DNA of 43,627 nt. It comes from Gemmatimonadales bacterium. GTDB lineage: Bacteria; Gemmatimonadota; Gemmatimonadetes; Palauibacterales; Palauibacteraceae. The notes under the pieces were generated by a model. It had not been told where the DNA came from, made no database searches, and saw only the letters and a list, made by a program, of their open reading frames with translations. The translations under genes were made by a program, and so were the position numbers. Positions 1-9,761 of the stretch are shown in pieces (position 1 is the stretch's first letter; the number at the start of each line of letters is the position of its first letter). Where the stretch lies: contig JAUVMT010000001.1 in assembly GCA_030600085.1 (NCBI GenBank), positions 1-43,627 on the forward strand. Direction: 5' to 3'.

Positions 1-992
1 ACGGCGTCGATCGAGACGATCTCGCCCACGACCTCCCCGGAGGCATGGCGCGTCAGCCGGCCCCGGCCGATCGCCGACATGTTGGCGTACGACTGGACGA
101 CCGGCGCGCCCTGGATCGTGTCCTCGACGCGGCTGTGCGTGTGGCCCGTGACGACGTAGTCGAACGGCGCGTTGGTCAGGGCCAGCTCCTCCATCGCTTC
201 GCCGTCGCAGTGCGCCTCGTTCCCGTCGCCGTCGTGGCAAAAGCCGCCGGCGTGCATGACGACGACCACGAAGTCCACGCCCTCTACCCGGACGCGCGGG
301 ATGTAGAGGTCGAGCGTCTCGGCGATGGGGCGAAACTCGAGACCGGCTACGCTGTCCGGGTGGGTCGTCGTCGGCGTGGACCGCGTCGTGGCCCCGATCA
401 CCCCGATCCGTACGCCATCACGCTCGAGGATCGCATATGGCTCCACCCACCTCGGATGGAGGTTCGTCCCCTTCTCATAGGTGTTGGCGCTCAGGATCGG
501 GAAGCGAGCCTGCCGCATTCGCTCCTGGAGGATCCGAATCCCCCAGTCGAACTCGTGGTTGCCGAGCGCTGCGGCGTCGTAGCCGATCTCGTTCATCACG
601 TCGATCGTGGCCCGGCCGCTCGTGAGGTTCGAGATCAGCGTTCCCTGCATCAGGTCGCCGCCGCTGAACAGGAAGACGGGGCAGGGCGATGTCTGGCGGA
701 CACCGTTCACGTAGGCCGCTATCGCCTCCGCGCCTCCAGCGGGTCGGTTTCCCGACCACGGCTGTACGGCTGGAAGAAGTCCGCCGTGCTCGTCGTTCGT
801 CGAGAGGATGACGGCGCACGCCGAGTCCGCTGCCGAGCCCAAGGAGCCGACGGCGGCTCCGACCAGTGCGGGCACGGCGGGTGGGGCCCCGTCCAGCGCA
901 CGCACGGGTGACGCGACGCCTAGGGTTCCGACGATCGCGGCACCGGCAACGCCCACGGCGGCTGCTACCCGGAGCCTAAGACGCGCGATCAT
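1..992 (-). CDS. Exported 5'-nucleotidase / calcineurin-like metallophosphoesterase (N-terminal part; the 3' end runs off the window)
   Basis: Absent from the ORF track because it has no stop inside the window. Hand translation of the minus strand from ATG 992-990 gives MIARLRLRVAAAVGVAGAAIVGTLGVASPV (signal-peptide-like). It continues with ILSTNDEHGG, SGGDLMQGT and GNHEFDWG, the metal-binding motifs of the UshA/5'-nucleotidase family. The start overlaps the purF stop (ATGA). Confidence 0.8.
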   Translation of the reverse strand, partial: MIARLRLRVAAAVGVAGAAIVGTLGVASPVRALDGAPPAVPALVGAAVGSLGSAADSACAVILSTNDEHGGLLPAVQPWSGNRPAGGAEAIAAYVNGVRQTSPCPVFLFSGGDLMQGTLISNLTSGRATIDVMNEIGYDAAALGNHEFDWGIRILQERMRQARFPILSANTYEKGTNLHPRWVEPYAILERDGVRIGVIGATTRSTPTTTHPDSVAGLEFRPIAETLDLYIPRVRVEGVDFVVVVMHAGGFCHDGDGNEAHCDGEAMEELALTNAPFDYVVTGHTHSRVEDTIQGAPVVQSYANMSAIGRGRLTRHASGEVVGEIVSIDA

Positions 993-2401
993 ACGACACC
1001 GGCGAGGCCGTGGCCCGCCTCCAGGTCGACGAGCGGGGCCTGATACTCTCCCGTCCAGCACGCCGTGCAGAAAGGTCCGAACTCCTCGACGCAGGACTGG
1101 AGCCCCTCCAGGGAGAGATAGCCGAGCGAGTCCACACCCAGGTGCTCGCGGATCTCCTCGATCGAGTGCTCCGAGCCGAGGAGCTCGGCGCGCGTAGGCA
1201 TGTCGATCCCGTAGTAGCAGGGGTGGCGGATCGGTGGAGAGGCGACGCGGAAGTGGATCTCCCGCGCTCCCGCCTCCCGGAGCATCGCCACCAGACCCTT
1301 GCTCGTCGTGCCGCGGACCAGGGAGTCGTCCACCACGACGGCCCGTTTGCCCGCGATCAGCTCGGTGACCGCGTTGTATTTGACCCGCACGCGGAAATCG
1401 CGGCCGGCCTGCGTCGGGAAGATGAACGTCCGTCCCACGTAGTGGTTGCGTATGAGCGCGAGCTCGAAGGCGATCCCGGATTCCTCGGAGTATCCGAGCG
1501 CGGCCGAGTTGGAGGAATCCGGCACGGCGAACACGCAGTCGGCTTCAGCCGGATGCTCGCGCGCCAGCTGCCGGCCGAACGCCCTCCGGGCTCGGTCCAC
1601 GGAGCAGCCCCAGACGCGGGAGTCGGGGCGCGCGAAGTAGACGAGCTCGAACAGGCACGGCGCCGGCGAGGCAGGCGGCAGCGGACGCAGGTTCTCGATC
1701 TGACCGTCCCGGATTCGCAGCACCTCGCCGGGCTTCACGTCGCGCATATACTCGGCGCCGATGAGGTCCAGCGCGCACGTCTCCGAGCAGACGATGATCG
1801 CTTCCCCCCGCCTTCCGAGCACCAGGGGCCGGAAGCCACGCGAGTCTCGGGCTGCGTAGATGGTCTTTCCGACGCTCAGGACCAGCGAGAAGGCACCGAC
1901 GAGCTGGGAGAGGGCATCGTCGACTTGCTGTCGCTCCTCTTCCCGACGCGAGCGAGCGATCAGGTGGATCACGACCTCGGAGTCCGAGTCGGTCTGGAAG
2001 ATCGCGCCTTCCTCGGAGAGGCGGTGCCGGAGCTCCAGCCCGTTCGTGATGTTCCCGTTGTGGGCGAGGGCCATCGATCCGTGCCGGTACTCCACTAGCA
2101 CGGGCTGGCAGTTGCGCAGCTCCGAGCCGCCCGAGGTCGAGTACCGGACGTGCCCGATCGCCGTGGAGCCGACGAGGCCGGCGAGGAGGTCCTCGTCGAA
2201 CACGTCCGCGACCAGCCCCATCCCCCGATGGCTCCGGGCGGTGCCGAGCTCGTCGATCGCAACGATCCCGGCGGACTCCTGGCCGCGGTGCTGCAGCGCG
2301 TAGAGTCCCATGAAGGCGAGCTCCGCCGCCGCCGGAGTGCCGCTGATCGCGAACACGCCGCACTTCTCGCGGGGTCGGTCGGGATCGTAGTCGGGGGTCA
2401 T
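989..2401 (-). CDS. purF: Amidophosphoribosyltransferase (glutamine PRPP amidotransferase)
   Basis: The track ORF 989..2872 is an over-extension. The real start is ATG at 2401 ([21 protein letters not shown], Ntn-type Cys after a short propeptide). PRPP motif VVVDDSLVRGTT and C-terminal Cys cluster PFCTACWTGEY are present. The arginine-rich 157-aa N-terminal extension overlaps purL. Confidence 0.95.
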   Translation of the reverse strand: MTPDYDPDRPREKCGVFAISGTPAAAELAFMGLYALQHRGQESAGIVAIDELGTARSHRGMGLVADVFDEDLLAGLVGSTAIGHVRYSTSGGSELRNCQPVLVEYRHGSMALAHNGNITNGLELRHRLSEEGAIFQTDSDSEVVIHLIARSRREEERQQVDDALSQLVGAFSLVLSVGKTIYAARDSRGFRPLVLGRRGEAIIVCSETCALDLIGAEYMRDVKPGEVLRIRDGQIENLRPLPPASPAPCLFELVYFARPDSRVWGCSVDRARRAFGRQLAREHPAEADCVFAVPDSSNSAALGYSEESGIAFELALIRNHYVGRTFIFPTQAGRDFRVRVKYNAVTELIAGKRAVVVDDSLVRGTTSKGLVAMLREAGAREIHFRVASPPIRHPCYYGIDMPTRAELLGSEHSIEEIREHLGVDSLGYLSLEGLQSCVEEFGPFCTACWTGEYQAPLVDLEAGHGLAGVV

Positions 2402-4674
2402 CACGTCGTCAGGCCGGCTTGCTTCTCCATCCGTCTCGGGAGAGCCGATCGGTATACGTCGTGGATACGGTCCAGCTCCAGATCGATCTGCACCCCGGCC
2501 GCGGCGAGGCGGAAGCGACCATTGGGTGGGCCCACGCTTCCGATCACCGCCACGGGCAGCCCGCGTTCGGCGGCGAGCGCCACGATCTCCTCTACCATTA
2601 CGGGATCGCAGCTCAGCACGACCCGGGACTGCGACTCGCCGAACAGGGCCGCTGCGGCCGGCGCCTCGGTCCGAAGCTCGGCTTCGACGGCCAGCGGTCC
2701 GTCCGGGCCGCCGAGCGAGCATTCGGCCAGGGCCACGGCGAGGCCTCCCTCCGCACAGTCGTGCGCCGAGAGGACGAGCTGACGCTCCGCCGCCTCGACC
2801 AGAAAGTCGACGAGCCGCCGCGCTTCCTCCAGGTCGATCTGCGGAGGAGCTCCGCCCACCACGCCGTGGCACGCGGCCAGGTACTCGCTGGCTCCGAGCT
2901 CATCTCCGGTCTCCCCGACGAGCACCACCGTGCTCCCGGGCGTCAGGAAGCAGGACGGGACCACCCGGTCCAGGTGCTCGAGGAGTCCGATCATCCCGAT
3001 GACGGGCGTTGGGTAGACCGCCCCGTCCGGTGTCTCGTTGTAGAAGGAGACGTTTCCCCCGGTGACGGGCGTCGAGAGAGCCCGGCATCCTTCGCCCAGA
3101 CCGGCCACGGCCTCGGCGAAGTGATAGTACGTGCCCGCCTTGAGGGGATTCCCGAAGTTCAGGCAGTTGGTGATCGCGACCGGACGAGCGCCGCTGCAGG
3201 CCACGTTTCTCGCGGCTTCCGCCATGGCGATCTTCGCTCCGCGGCGCGGCTCCAGGTACACGTAACGCCCGTTGCAGTCCAGGGAAGCGGCGATGCCGCG
3301 TCCGGAATCAGCCAGCCGAAGAACCGCCGCGTCCGATCCCGGGCCGACCACCGTGTTCGTCCCGACCGTCGTATCGTACTGCTCGTAGATCCAGCGGCAC
3401 GAGGCGAGCGACGGGGAGTCCAGCAACGTCAGCAGAGCTTCCGCTGCCTCCTGGTCGGAGATCGGACCGGAGTACTCCGCGATGTCCAGCGCCCGCAGCC
3501 TGCGCACCTCCGGGTCTTCGACACCCTCCCTCGTGTATGTCGGACACTCGTTGACGAGTGGTTGCACCGGAATCTCGACCACCACCTCTCCGCCGTCCCG
3601 GACCCGAAAGAAGCCGTCGTCCGTGACCCGGCCCACGACCGCCGCCTCCAGGTCCCACTTCGAGAGCACCTCCGCAACCGAGCTCTCGCACTCGGGTTTG
3701 GCCACGAGGAGCATGCGCTCCTGCGACTCGGAGAGGAGGATCTCGTACGGCGTCATGCCCGGCTCCCTCACCGGGACCAGAGCAACGTCGATGTCGATCC
3801 CGGAGCCGCTGCGCGCCGCCATCTCGGTTCCGCTCGAGGTCAGGCCCGCGGCGCCCATATCCTGGATCCCCACCAGCAGGTCACGCTCGATGAGCTCGAG
3901 GCTGGCCTCCAGCAGGAGCTTCTCGGTGAACGGGTCGCCCACCTGAACCTGGGGGCGGCTGTCGGAGCCCTCGTCGAGCTCTTCGGAGGCGAAGGTGGCG
4001 CCGTGGATACCGTCGCGACCGGTCTTGGCGCCGACGGCCATGACGGCGTTGCCCACCCCTTCGGCCTTCCCGCGCATCAGGTCTTCGAGGCGCAGGATCC
4101 CGAGGCACATCACGTTGACGATCGGGTTCCGCTCATAGGAGGGGTCGAAGATCGCCTCGCCCCCCACGGTTGGGACGCCGACGCAGTTCCCGTAGTCGCC
4201 CACGCCGCGCACCACGCCGTCGAGCAGGTAACGGGAGCGCGGCGAATCGAGGGATCCGAAGTGGAGGCTGTCGAGGATCGCGATCGGGCGTGCGCCCATC
4301 GTGAAGACGTCCCGGAGGATGCCTCCCGATCCGGTCGCCGCCCCCTGATAGGGCTCGACGGCCGACGGGTGATTATGGGATTCGATCTTGAAGGCCACGC
4401 CCCAGCCGTCGCCCGCGTCGATCACGCCCGCGTTCTCTCCGGGCCCCTGTACCACGAGGGGTCCTTCCGTGGGAAGGGTCCTGAGGTGCGGGCGTGAGTT
4501 CTTGTAGCCGCAGTGCTCCGACCACATGGCGCTGAAGACGCCCAACTCGGGAAATGTGGGCTCGCGTCCGAGGATCTCGAGGATCTGCTCGTACTCGTCG
4601 GGCGCGAGGCCGTGATCGGCGACCAGCTCCGGCGTGATCTCGATCACCGGCGCCCGGGTGGCCGACCCGCTCAA
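2401..4674 (-). CDS. purL: Phosphoribosylformylglycinamidine (FGAM) synthase subunit II
   Basis: 757 aa; [16 protein letters not shown] and other PurL motifs. It lies between purQ and purF as in split purSQL systems. The start is TTG at 4674, overlapping the purQ stop (TTGA); the exact start is uncertain. Confidence 0.95.
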   Translation of the reverse strand: MSGSATRAPVIEITPELVADHGLAPDEYEQILEILGREPTFPELGVFSAMWSEHCGYKNSRPHLRTLPTEGPLVVQGPGENAGVIDAGDGWGVAFKIESHNHPSAVEPYQGAATGSGGILRDVFTMGARPIAILDSLHFGSLDSPRSRYLLDGVVRGVGDYGNCVGVPTVGGEAIFDPSYERNPIVNVMCLGILRLEDLMRGKAEGVGNAVMAVGAKTGRDGIHGATFASEELDEGSDSRPQVQVGDPFTEKLLLEASLELIERDLLVGIQDMGAAGLTSSGTEMAARSGSGIDIDVALVPVREPGMTPYEILLSESQERMLLVAKPECESSVAEVLSKWDLEAAVVGRVTDDGFFRVRDGGEVVVEIPVQPLVNECPTYTREGVEDPEVRRLRALDIAEYSGPISDQEAAEALLTLLDSPSLASCRWIYEQYDTTVGTNTVVGPGSDAAVLRLADSGRGIAASLDCNGRYVYLEPRRGAKIAMAEAARNVACSGARPVAITNCLNFGNPLKAGTYYHFAEAVAGLGEGCRALSTPVTGGNVSFYNETPDGAVYPTPVIGMIGLLEHLDRVVPSCFLTPGSTVVLVGETGDELGASEYLAACHGVVGGAPPQIDLEEARRLVDFLVEAAERQLVLSAHDCAEGGLAVALAECSLGGPDGPLAVEAELRTEAPAAAALFGESQSRVVLSCDPVMVEEIVALAAERGLPVAVIGSVGPPNGRFRLAAAGVQIDLELDRIHDVYRSALPRRMEKQAGLTT

Positions 4675-5471
4675 GGTGCGCTCGCTTCCGCGGCTTCCGC
4701 CGCCTGCGTGGCGGGCGCCTCCGCCGCCCGTGCGGCAGGCCCGTCGCCGGCTTCCAGTGCCTGCGTGGCCGTGCCGTCGCCCGTCGCTCGCACAGACCCG
4801 ATCAGGGAGTGGAAGACGCCGAGGCCGTCCGCGCCGAGAAGGTTCGAGACTACCCGTTCCGGGTGAGGCATGAGACCGACGACCCGACGGCCCTCGTCGC
4901 AGATTCCCGCGATGTTTCGGGCCGAGCCGTTGGGATTGGCTTCTTCCGTGGGCTGTCCCAGCTCGTCGACGTACCGGAAGATCACCCGCCGCTCACTCTC
5001 GAGCGCGTCGATCGCCGATCGATCGGCGACGTACTGGCCCTCGCCGTGCGCGATCGGCATCCGGAGCACGTCTCCCTCCTCGTACTCCGAGGTGAAGGGG
5101 GTGTCGGCCTGCTCGACGCGAACCCGGACGGGGTAGGAGCGGAACCGCAGCGAGTCGTTTCGGACGAGGGCACCGGGCAGGAGGCCCGCCTCACAGAGGA
5201 TCTGGAAACCGTTGCAGATTCCGAGCACCGGCCCGCCGTCTCGAGCGAAGGCGATCACCTCGCGCATGATCGGGCTGAAGCGCGCGATCGCGCCGGCGCG
5301 GAGGTGGTCTCCGTACGAGAAGCCGCCGGGCAGGAGGATCGCCCGGCACCCCTCCAGGCTGTGCGACTTGTGCCACAGATAGACCGCTTCAGCGCCGACC
5401 CCCTCGTCGACGGCGCGGTGGCAATCCTGGTCGCAGTTGGAGCCGGGAAACCGAACGATGCCGATCTTCAC
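4671..5471 (-). CDS. purQ: FGAM synthase glutamine amidotransferase subunit I
   Basis: [29 protein letters not shown] (nucleophile Cys) and MPHPER. I place the start at GTG 5471, overlapping the purS stop (GTGA), rather than the track start 5546. It has an Ala/Glu-rich C-terminal tail. Confidence 0.92.
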   Translation of the reverse strand: MKIGIVRFPGSNCDQDCHRAVDEGVGAEAVYLWHKSHSLEGCRAILLPGGFSYGDHLRAGAIARFSPIMREVIAFARDGGPVLGICNGFQILCEAGLLPGALVRNDSLRFRSYPVRVRVEQADTPFTSEYEEGDVLRMPIAHGEGQYVADRSAIDALESERRVIFRYVDELGQPTEEANPNGSARNIAGICDEGRRVVGLMPHPERVVSNLLGADGLGVFHSLIGSVRATGDGTATQALEAGDGPAARAAEAPATQAAEAAEASAP

Positions 5472-5734
5472 GGGGACGCGGTCTCCGGAGATCGGATCTG
5501 CACCTCGTACCGCTCGATCACGGGATTGGCGATCAGCTCCTCGCACATGCGGTCGACGCTGCTTCGAGCCTGATCCGTATCGTCGGCGTCGAGCTCGAAG
5601 CGCACCAGCCGGCCGGCCTTCACGTGGTGGACCCCGCTGTAGCCGAGGTTGTCGAGGGCCTGTCCGATCGTCTGCCCCTCCGGGTCCACGATCCCCTCCC
5701 TGGGCGTGACCCGGATCTCTATTTCGAATCGCAC
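5468..5734 (-). CDS. purS: FGAM synthase subunit PurS
   Basis: 88 aa; [27 protein letters not shown] is typical of PurS. It sits directly upstream of purQ. GTG start. Confidence 0.9.
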   Translation of the reverse strand: MRFEIEIRVTPREGIVDPEGQTIGQALDNLGYSGVHHVKAGRLVRFELDADDTDQARSSVDRMCEELIANPVIERYEVQIRSPETASP

Positions 5735-5756
5735 GAGCTGTTTATCTCTTTGATCC

Positions 5757-5791
5757 GTAACATGTTGTAACGTCGTGTATGAAGTGACTTC
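5757..5791. promoter_or_regulatory. Candidate regulatory site in the AT-richer purC-purS gap: GTAAC-N5-GTAAC around the palindrome AACATGTT, plus the palindrome GAAGTGACTTC
   Basis: Read directly: gtaacatgttgtaac at 5757-5771 contains the 8-bp palindrome aacatgtt (5759-5766). gaagtgacttc lies at 5781-5791. This is the only clearly lower-GC non-coding stretch in the pur block. Confidence 0.3.
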
Positions 5792-5844
5792 TAGATTCCG
5801 GTACTTCCCGTGTTCGTCTGCTTCGTCCGCCTTGTCATCCCGCT

Positions 5845-6744
5845 TCAGTAAACGGGCAGCTCCTCGCCGGTGATCCGCCGGTACGCGTCGCGATATCGCT
5901 CCGACGTGGACGCGACCACTTCGTCGGACAGGTCGGGCGGGGGCGCCTCGCCGTTCCAGTCGCCGGCCTTCTTCAGACCCTCCAGATAGTCACGTACCGG
6001 CTGCTTGTCCAACGACTCCTGGCTGCGTCCCGCCTCGTACCTGTCCGCCGGCCAGAAGCGCGAGGAGTCGGGGGTCAGCACCTCGTCGATCAGGAGCACC
6101 TCTCCCATGTCCGCCACCCCGAACTCGAACTTCGTGTCCGCCACGATGATCCCGCGTCTGGCCGCCACGTCTCGGCCGAACCGGTAGAGCGCCAGGCTGA
6201 TCTCCTGCAGCATCTCGCTCGTCTTCTGCCCCAGGCGCCGCTGGAGCTGGCCGAACGTGATGTTCTCGTCGTGGCCTTCCTCGGCCTTCGTGGCCGGCGA
6301 GAACAGGGGCTCCGGCAGCCGCTCGCTCTCCCGGAGGCCCTCCGGCAACTTCTCGCCCGCCAACGTCCCGCTCTCCCTATACTCCTTCCAGGCGGACCCT
6401 GCCAGGTACCCCCTCACGACGCATTCGACCGGGAAGGGGGAGGCCCGTCGGACGAGCATGCCTCGACCCGCCCACGCCTCTCTCGTCTCGGCGAGCTCGG
6501 GCCGGACGGCGATGATCTCGTCCGGGTCGCTCGCGACGCGGTGATTCTGGATGAGGTGAGGGCTGCGCTCGAACCAGAAGGCGGACAGCTGGGTCAGGAC
6601 GATTCCCTTATACGGGATCGCCTGCGGGAGGGCGTAGTCGAAGGCACTGATCCGGTCGCTGGCGACCAGCAGAAGGTGTTCTCCAAGGTCGTACATTTCA
6701 CGAACCTTGCCGCTGCGCAGAAGCGGGAGGGGGAGGGTCGTCAT
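5845..6744 (-). CDS. purC: SAICAR synthetase
   Basis: 299 aa; LLRSGKVREMYDLG and ASDRISAFD motifs. The ATG overlaps the purB stop (ATGA). Confidence 0.95.
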   Translation of the reverse strand: MTTLPLPLLRSGKVREMYDLGEHLLLVASDRISAFDYALPQAIPYKGIVLTQLSAFWFERSPHLIQNHRVASDPDEIIAVRPELAETREAWAGRGMLVRRASPFPVECVVRGYLAGSAWKEYRESGTLAGEKLPEGLRESERLPEPLFSPATKAEEGHDENITFGQLQRRLGQKTSEMLQEISLALYRFGRDVAARRGIIVADTKFEFGVADMGEVLLIDEVLTPDSSRFWPADRYEAGRSQESLDKQPVRDYLEGLKKAGDWNGEAPPPDLSDEVVASTSERYRDAYRRITGEELPVY

Positions 6745-8177
6745 ACGCGCAGGCTGACGGGCTCGAGGCTTCTGGCGTTCGCGGACTTCAGTGTCGGCGC
6801 CACGCGGTTGGCGAGGAAGGCATCGACCTGCTCGGCGGCGCGTCCGGTAAGCCGGCTCGGATCCGCCAGCTCGCGCAGCCGGTCTCCCGAAAGCGGGATC
6901 TGGTCGTCCTGCTCCACCCTGAGAAGGAAGTCGCCGGGGCCGGAGCCCGCCTGCGCCCGTTCGCGCGCGGCCATGGCATGGCCCCGGATCCGCTCGTGAA
7001 GGTCCTGTCGATCGCTGCCCGCCCGTACCCCGGCGATGAGCAGGCTTTCCGCCAGGAGGAACGGGAGCTCGCGCTCGAGGCGCGCCCGGATAATCTCGGG
7101 GTGAACGACGAGACCGCTCGCCACGTCAAGGGCGATCAAGAGGACGGCGTCTGCCGACAGGAAGGCTTCGGGCAGCACGATGCGCCGGGAGGCCGAGTCG
7201 TCGAGTGTCCGCTCGAGCCACTGCACCGAGGCCGTCCAGGCCGCCTCCAGCTCCAGCGTGCAGAGGTGGCGCGCCAGGGCGCACATCCGCTCCGAGCGCA
7301 TCGGGTTCCGCTTGTACGGCATCGCCGATGAGCCGATCTGCCGGCTGCCGAAAGGCTCCTCCAGCTCACCGAGGCCCTGCAGCAGCCGGATGTCGGTTCC
7401 GAAGCGCGCGGTGCTCGACCCGATGCCCGAGAGCGTTCCGAGAACCCGCTGGTCGACCTTGCGGGGATAGACCTGTCCGACGACGTCGTAGACGCCCGAG
7501 AAGTCGAACGCCTCGGCCAGCCTCCGGTTGAGCTCGTCCGCTTGCCCGCCATCGCCCAGGAGCTCCTGGAACGTCGCCTCCGTGCCGGTCGTGCCGCGCG
7601 CCCCACGCAGTCGCAGGTCGCGCAGGGCGGCATCGACTTGATCGAGGTCGAAGAGGAGGTCCTGCAGCCACAGGCATGCCCGCTTGCCGACCGTGGTGGG
7701 CTGTGCGGGTTGGAAATGCGTGTAGCCCAGCGTCGGGAGATCGCGATGCTCCCGGGCGAACTCCGCCAACGCCGACACGGCCGCGGCGAGGCGATCACGC
7801 ACGAGCCGAAGGGCGTCGCGCTGCTGGATGAGCGACGCGTTATCGGCCACGAACGCGCTGGTGGCGCCGAGATGGATGTAGCCGCGCGCCGCGGGTGCCA
7901 CCTCCCCGAAGTGGTGGATGTGCGCCATCACGTCGTGCCGCAGCTCCGCCTCCAGCTCTGCGACCCGGCCGAGGTCGAGTGCGTCGCGGGCCTCTCTCAT
8001 CTCCGCGAGCGCGGATTCGGGGATCTCGACCCCGAGCTCCCGTTCCGCCTCGGCAAGCGCGATCCACAGGTCTCGCCAGATGAGAGCCGTGTGGGTCGGC
8101 GAGAATATGTCGGCCATCTCTTCCGACGCGTAACGGTCGATCAATGGGTGTGGGTAGCGAAGGCGGTCGTTCGACAT
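6741..8177 (-). CDS. purB: Adenylosuccinate lyase
   Basis: The fumarate-lyase signature GSSAMPYKRNPMRSE is present. The real start is ATG 8177 (MSNDRLRYPHPLIDRYAS). The upstream 148 aa of the track ORF are Arg/Gly-rich and overlap the protease gene. Confidence 0.93.
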   Translation of the reverse strand: MSNDRLRYPHPLIDRYASEEMADIFSPTHTALIWRDLWIALAEAERELGVEIPESALAEMREARDALDLGRVAELEAELRHDVMAHIHHFGEVAPAARGYIHLGATSAFVADNASLIQQRDALRLVRDRLAAAVSALAEFAREHRDLPTLGYTHFQPAQPTTVGKRACLWLQDLLFDLDQVDAALRDLRLRGARGTTGTEATFQELLGDGGQADELNRRLAEAFDFSGVYDVVGQVYPRKVDQRVLGTLSGIGSSTARFGTDIRLLQGLGELEEPFGSRQIGSSAMPYKRNPMRSERMCALARHLCTLELEAAWTASVQWLERTLDDSASRRIVLPEAFLSADAVLLIALDVASGLVVHPEIIRARLERELPFLLAESLLIAGVRAGSDRQDLHERIRGHAMAARERAQAGSGPGDFLLRVEQDDQIPLSGDRLRELADPSRLTGRAAEQVDAFLANRVAPTLKSANARSLEPVSLRV

Positions 8178-8209
8178 GATGCCTAGCGGGTCGCTAACGA
8201 GCTCATGGG

Positions 8210-9745
8210 CTACCGACGGATCGGAAACGACGTGACCAACGTCGCCCCCTGGCGGCTGATAAACAACTCGACCCATCCGCTCGCCGCCGCCGCGAGGAGA
8301 CGGTCCCGGGCTTCCTCCGCCGTGCGGACCTCCCGCCGGTTGATCGCCACGATCACGTCGTTCTCTCGCATGCCGGTTCGTCGGGCGAGCGGGCCGTCGA
8401 CTTCCACGATCATCGCTCCGGCCTCGACCGTGAGGTCTCGCTCGACGGCGATTCCCGGTGTCACCGAGACGAGTCTCAGGCCCCGCAGCGCATCGACCCG
8501 CTCGGCGCTCTCGGACGGCAGCTCCTCGATCTCCATGCTCAGGGCCAGGCGCTCCCTGCCTCTCTGGAGTTCCACTGCGACGCGCCCGTTGACGCCTGCA
8601 TCCAGCAGACCGATCTCCCAATCGAGCGCGCCGCGTACCGGTTTGCCGTCCAGGGTGAGGATGACGTCGCCCTCCGCGAGGCCCGCGCTCGAGGCGGGTG
8701 AAGCCGGCGCGATCCGCCGGACGGTCGCGACCGATACGAAGCTGTCGGAGGGGACGGTGGCCACGTCGGCCCCGACCCAGGGGCGTCGGATACGGCCGAA
8801 GTCCCTCAGCTCTCCGGCCACGCGCAGCGCGCGGTCGATCGGTATCGCGAAGCCGACACCCTGCGAGCCTCCCGAGCTCGAGAAGATGGAAGAGTTCACG
8901 CCGACCACGTCACCCTGGATGTTGACGAGCGGCCCTCCGGAGTTGCCGGGGTTGATCGAGGCGTCGGTCTGCACCATGTCGGCGTAGAGGACGTCCCTTT
9001 GTCCCGTGGCTCGGATGTCCCGATCCACGCCCGAGATCACGCCCCTCGTCACCGTCGCCTCCGAGTTGGCCAGGAAGGAGCCGTACGGGTTGCCGATCGC
9101 GATGGCGGGCTCGCCGACCATCAGGTCGGACGAGCGGCCGAGGGGCGCGGCCGGCACTCTGCCGGGAGGGATGCGCAGGACGGCGAGGTCCGTGAGCTCG
9201 TCGCGCCCCACCACGGATGCGTCGTAGGTGCGACCCATCCCGTCGACGACGATGACCGAGTCCGCGCCCTGAACGACATGGTCGTTGGTGAGGATCGTGC
9301 CCTGATCATCGATCGCGAACCCCGATCCGAGACCCGACACCAGACGGTCGCGGGAGGGTCCGAAGAGCTCGAGGAAGCTGCGAGCTCGCATGCGCTCACG
9401 GCGGAAGACGCTGACGCTCACGACCGAGGGGAGGACCTGCCGTACGGCCAGGACCGTGGGCGTCACGCGGTCGCGGCCCGAGGCCGTATCGCCGACGCTC
9501 TGTTCGACGATCGCCCAGCGGCCTTCGGCCCCTCCACGCGCAGCCGCGGATGTCATCCAGGAGGCGGAGGAGACGGGCAGGGAGGCCTTCTCTCCGGCGC
9601 CTGCGCTCGTTCCAGCTGCGCCGCCCTCCGCTGCGAAGGGGTCCCGCTGAGCGGCGAGCGCCCACCCCATGGCCAGGCCGAGCAGGAGCGTCACGCCGAG
9701 GACGCTCGAGAGACGGGCCAGGCGGCCATCCCGGGTCACGGCCAT
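8210..9745 (-). CDS. htrA: HtrA/DegP-family periplasmic serine protease with two PDZ domains
   Basis: N-terminal membrane anchor/signal. Catalytic motifs TNDHVV, DLAVLRI and NPGNSGGPLV. Two PDZ-like C-terminal repeats (GLAEGDVILTLDG, GMRENDVIVAINR). Confidence 0.9.
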   Translation of the reverse strand: MAVTRDGRLARLSSVLGVTLLLGLAMGWALAAQRDPFAAEGGAAGTSAGAGEKASLPVSSASWMTSAAARGGAEGRWAIVEQSVGDTASGRDRVTPTVLAVRQVLPSVVSVSVFRRERMRARSFLELFGPSRDRLVSGLGSGFAIDDQGTILTNDHVVQGADSVIVVDGMGRTYDASVVGRDELTDLAVLRIPPGRVPAAPLGRSSDLMVGEPAIAIGNPYGSFLANSEATVTRGVISGVDRDIRATGQRDVLYADMVQTDASINPGNSGGPLVNIQGDVVGVNSSIFSSSGGSQGVGFAIPIDRALRVAGELRDFGRIRRPWVGADVATVPSDSFVSVATVRRIAPASPASSAGLAEGDVILTLDGKPVRGALDWEIGLLDAGVNGRVAVELQRGRERLALSMEIEELPSESAERVDALRGLRLVSVTPGIAVERDLTVEAGAMIVEVDGPLARRTGMRENDVIVAINRREVRTAEEARDRLLAAAASGWVELFISRQGATLVTSFPIRR

Positions 9746-9761
9746 TGGTCCTATGGCTTTC

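Noticed and set aside
45-911. 288-aa plus-strand ORF at the left edge
   Set aside because: It is Arg/Asp/Val/Gly-rich with no recognisable motif. It lies antisense to a frame that encodes clear 5'-nucleotidase motifs (ILSTNDEHG, GNHEFDWG). This is a typical high-GC shadow ORF.
2402-2872. N-terminal extensions offered by the ORF track for purF (627 aa) and likewise purB (to 8621), purQ (to 5546), rlmN (to 18409), meaB (from 25204) and the AtuA partner (from 33167)
   Set aside because: The extensions are Arg/Gly/Pro-rich and overlap the preceding gene. They also precede the position where family conservation begins. Shorter starts coinciding with stop/start overlaps or SD sequences were chosen.
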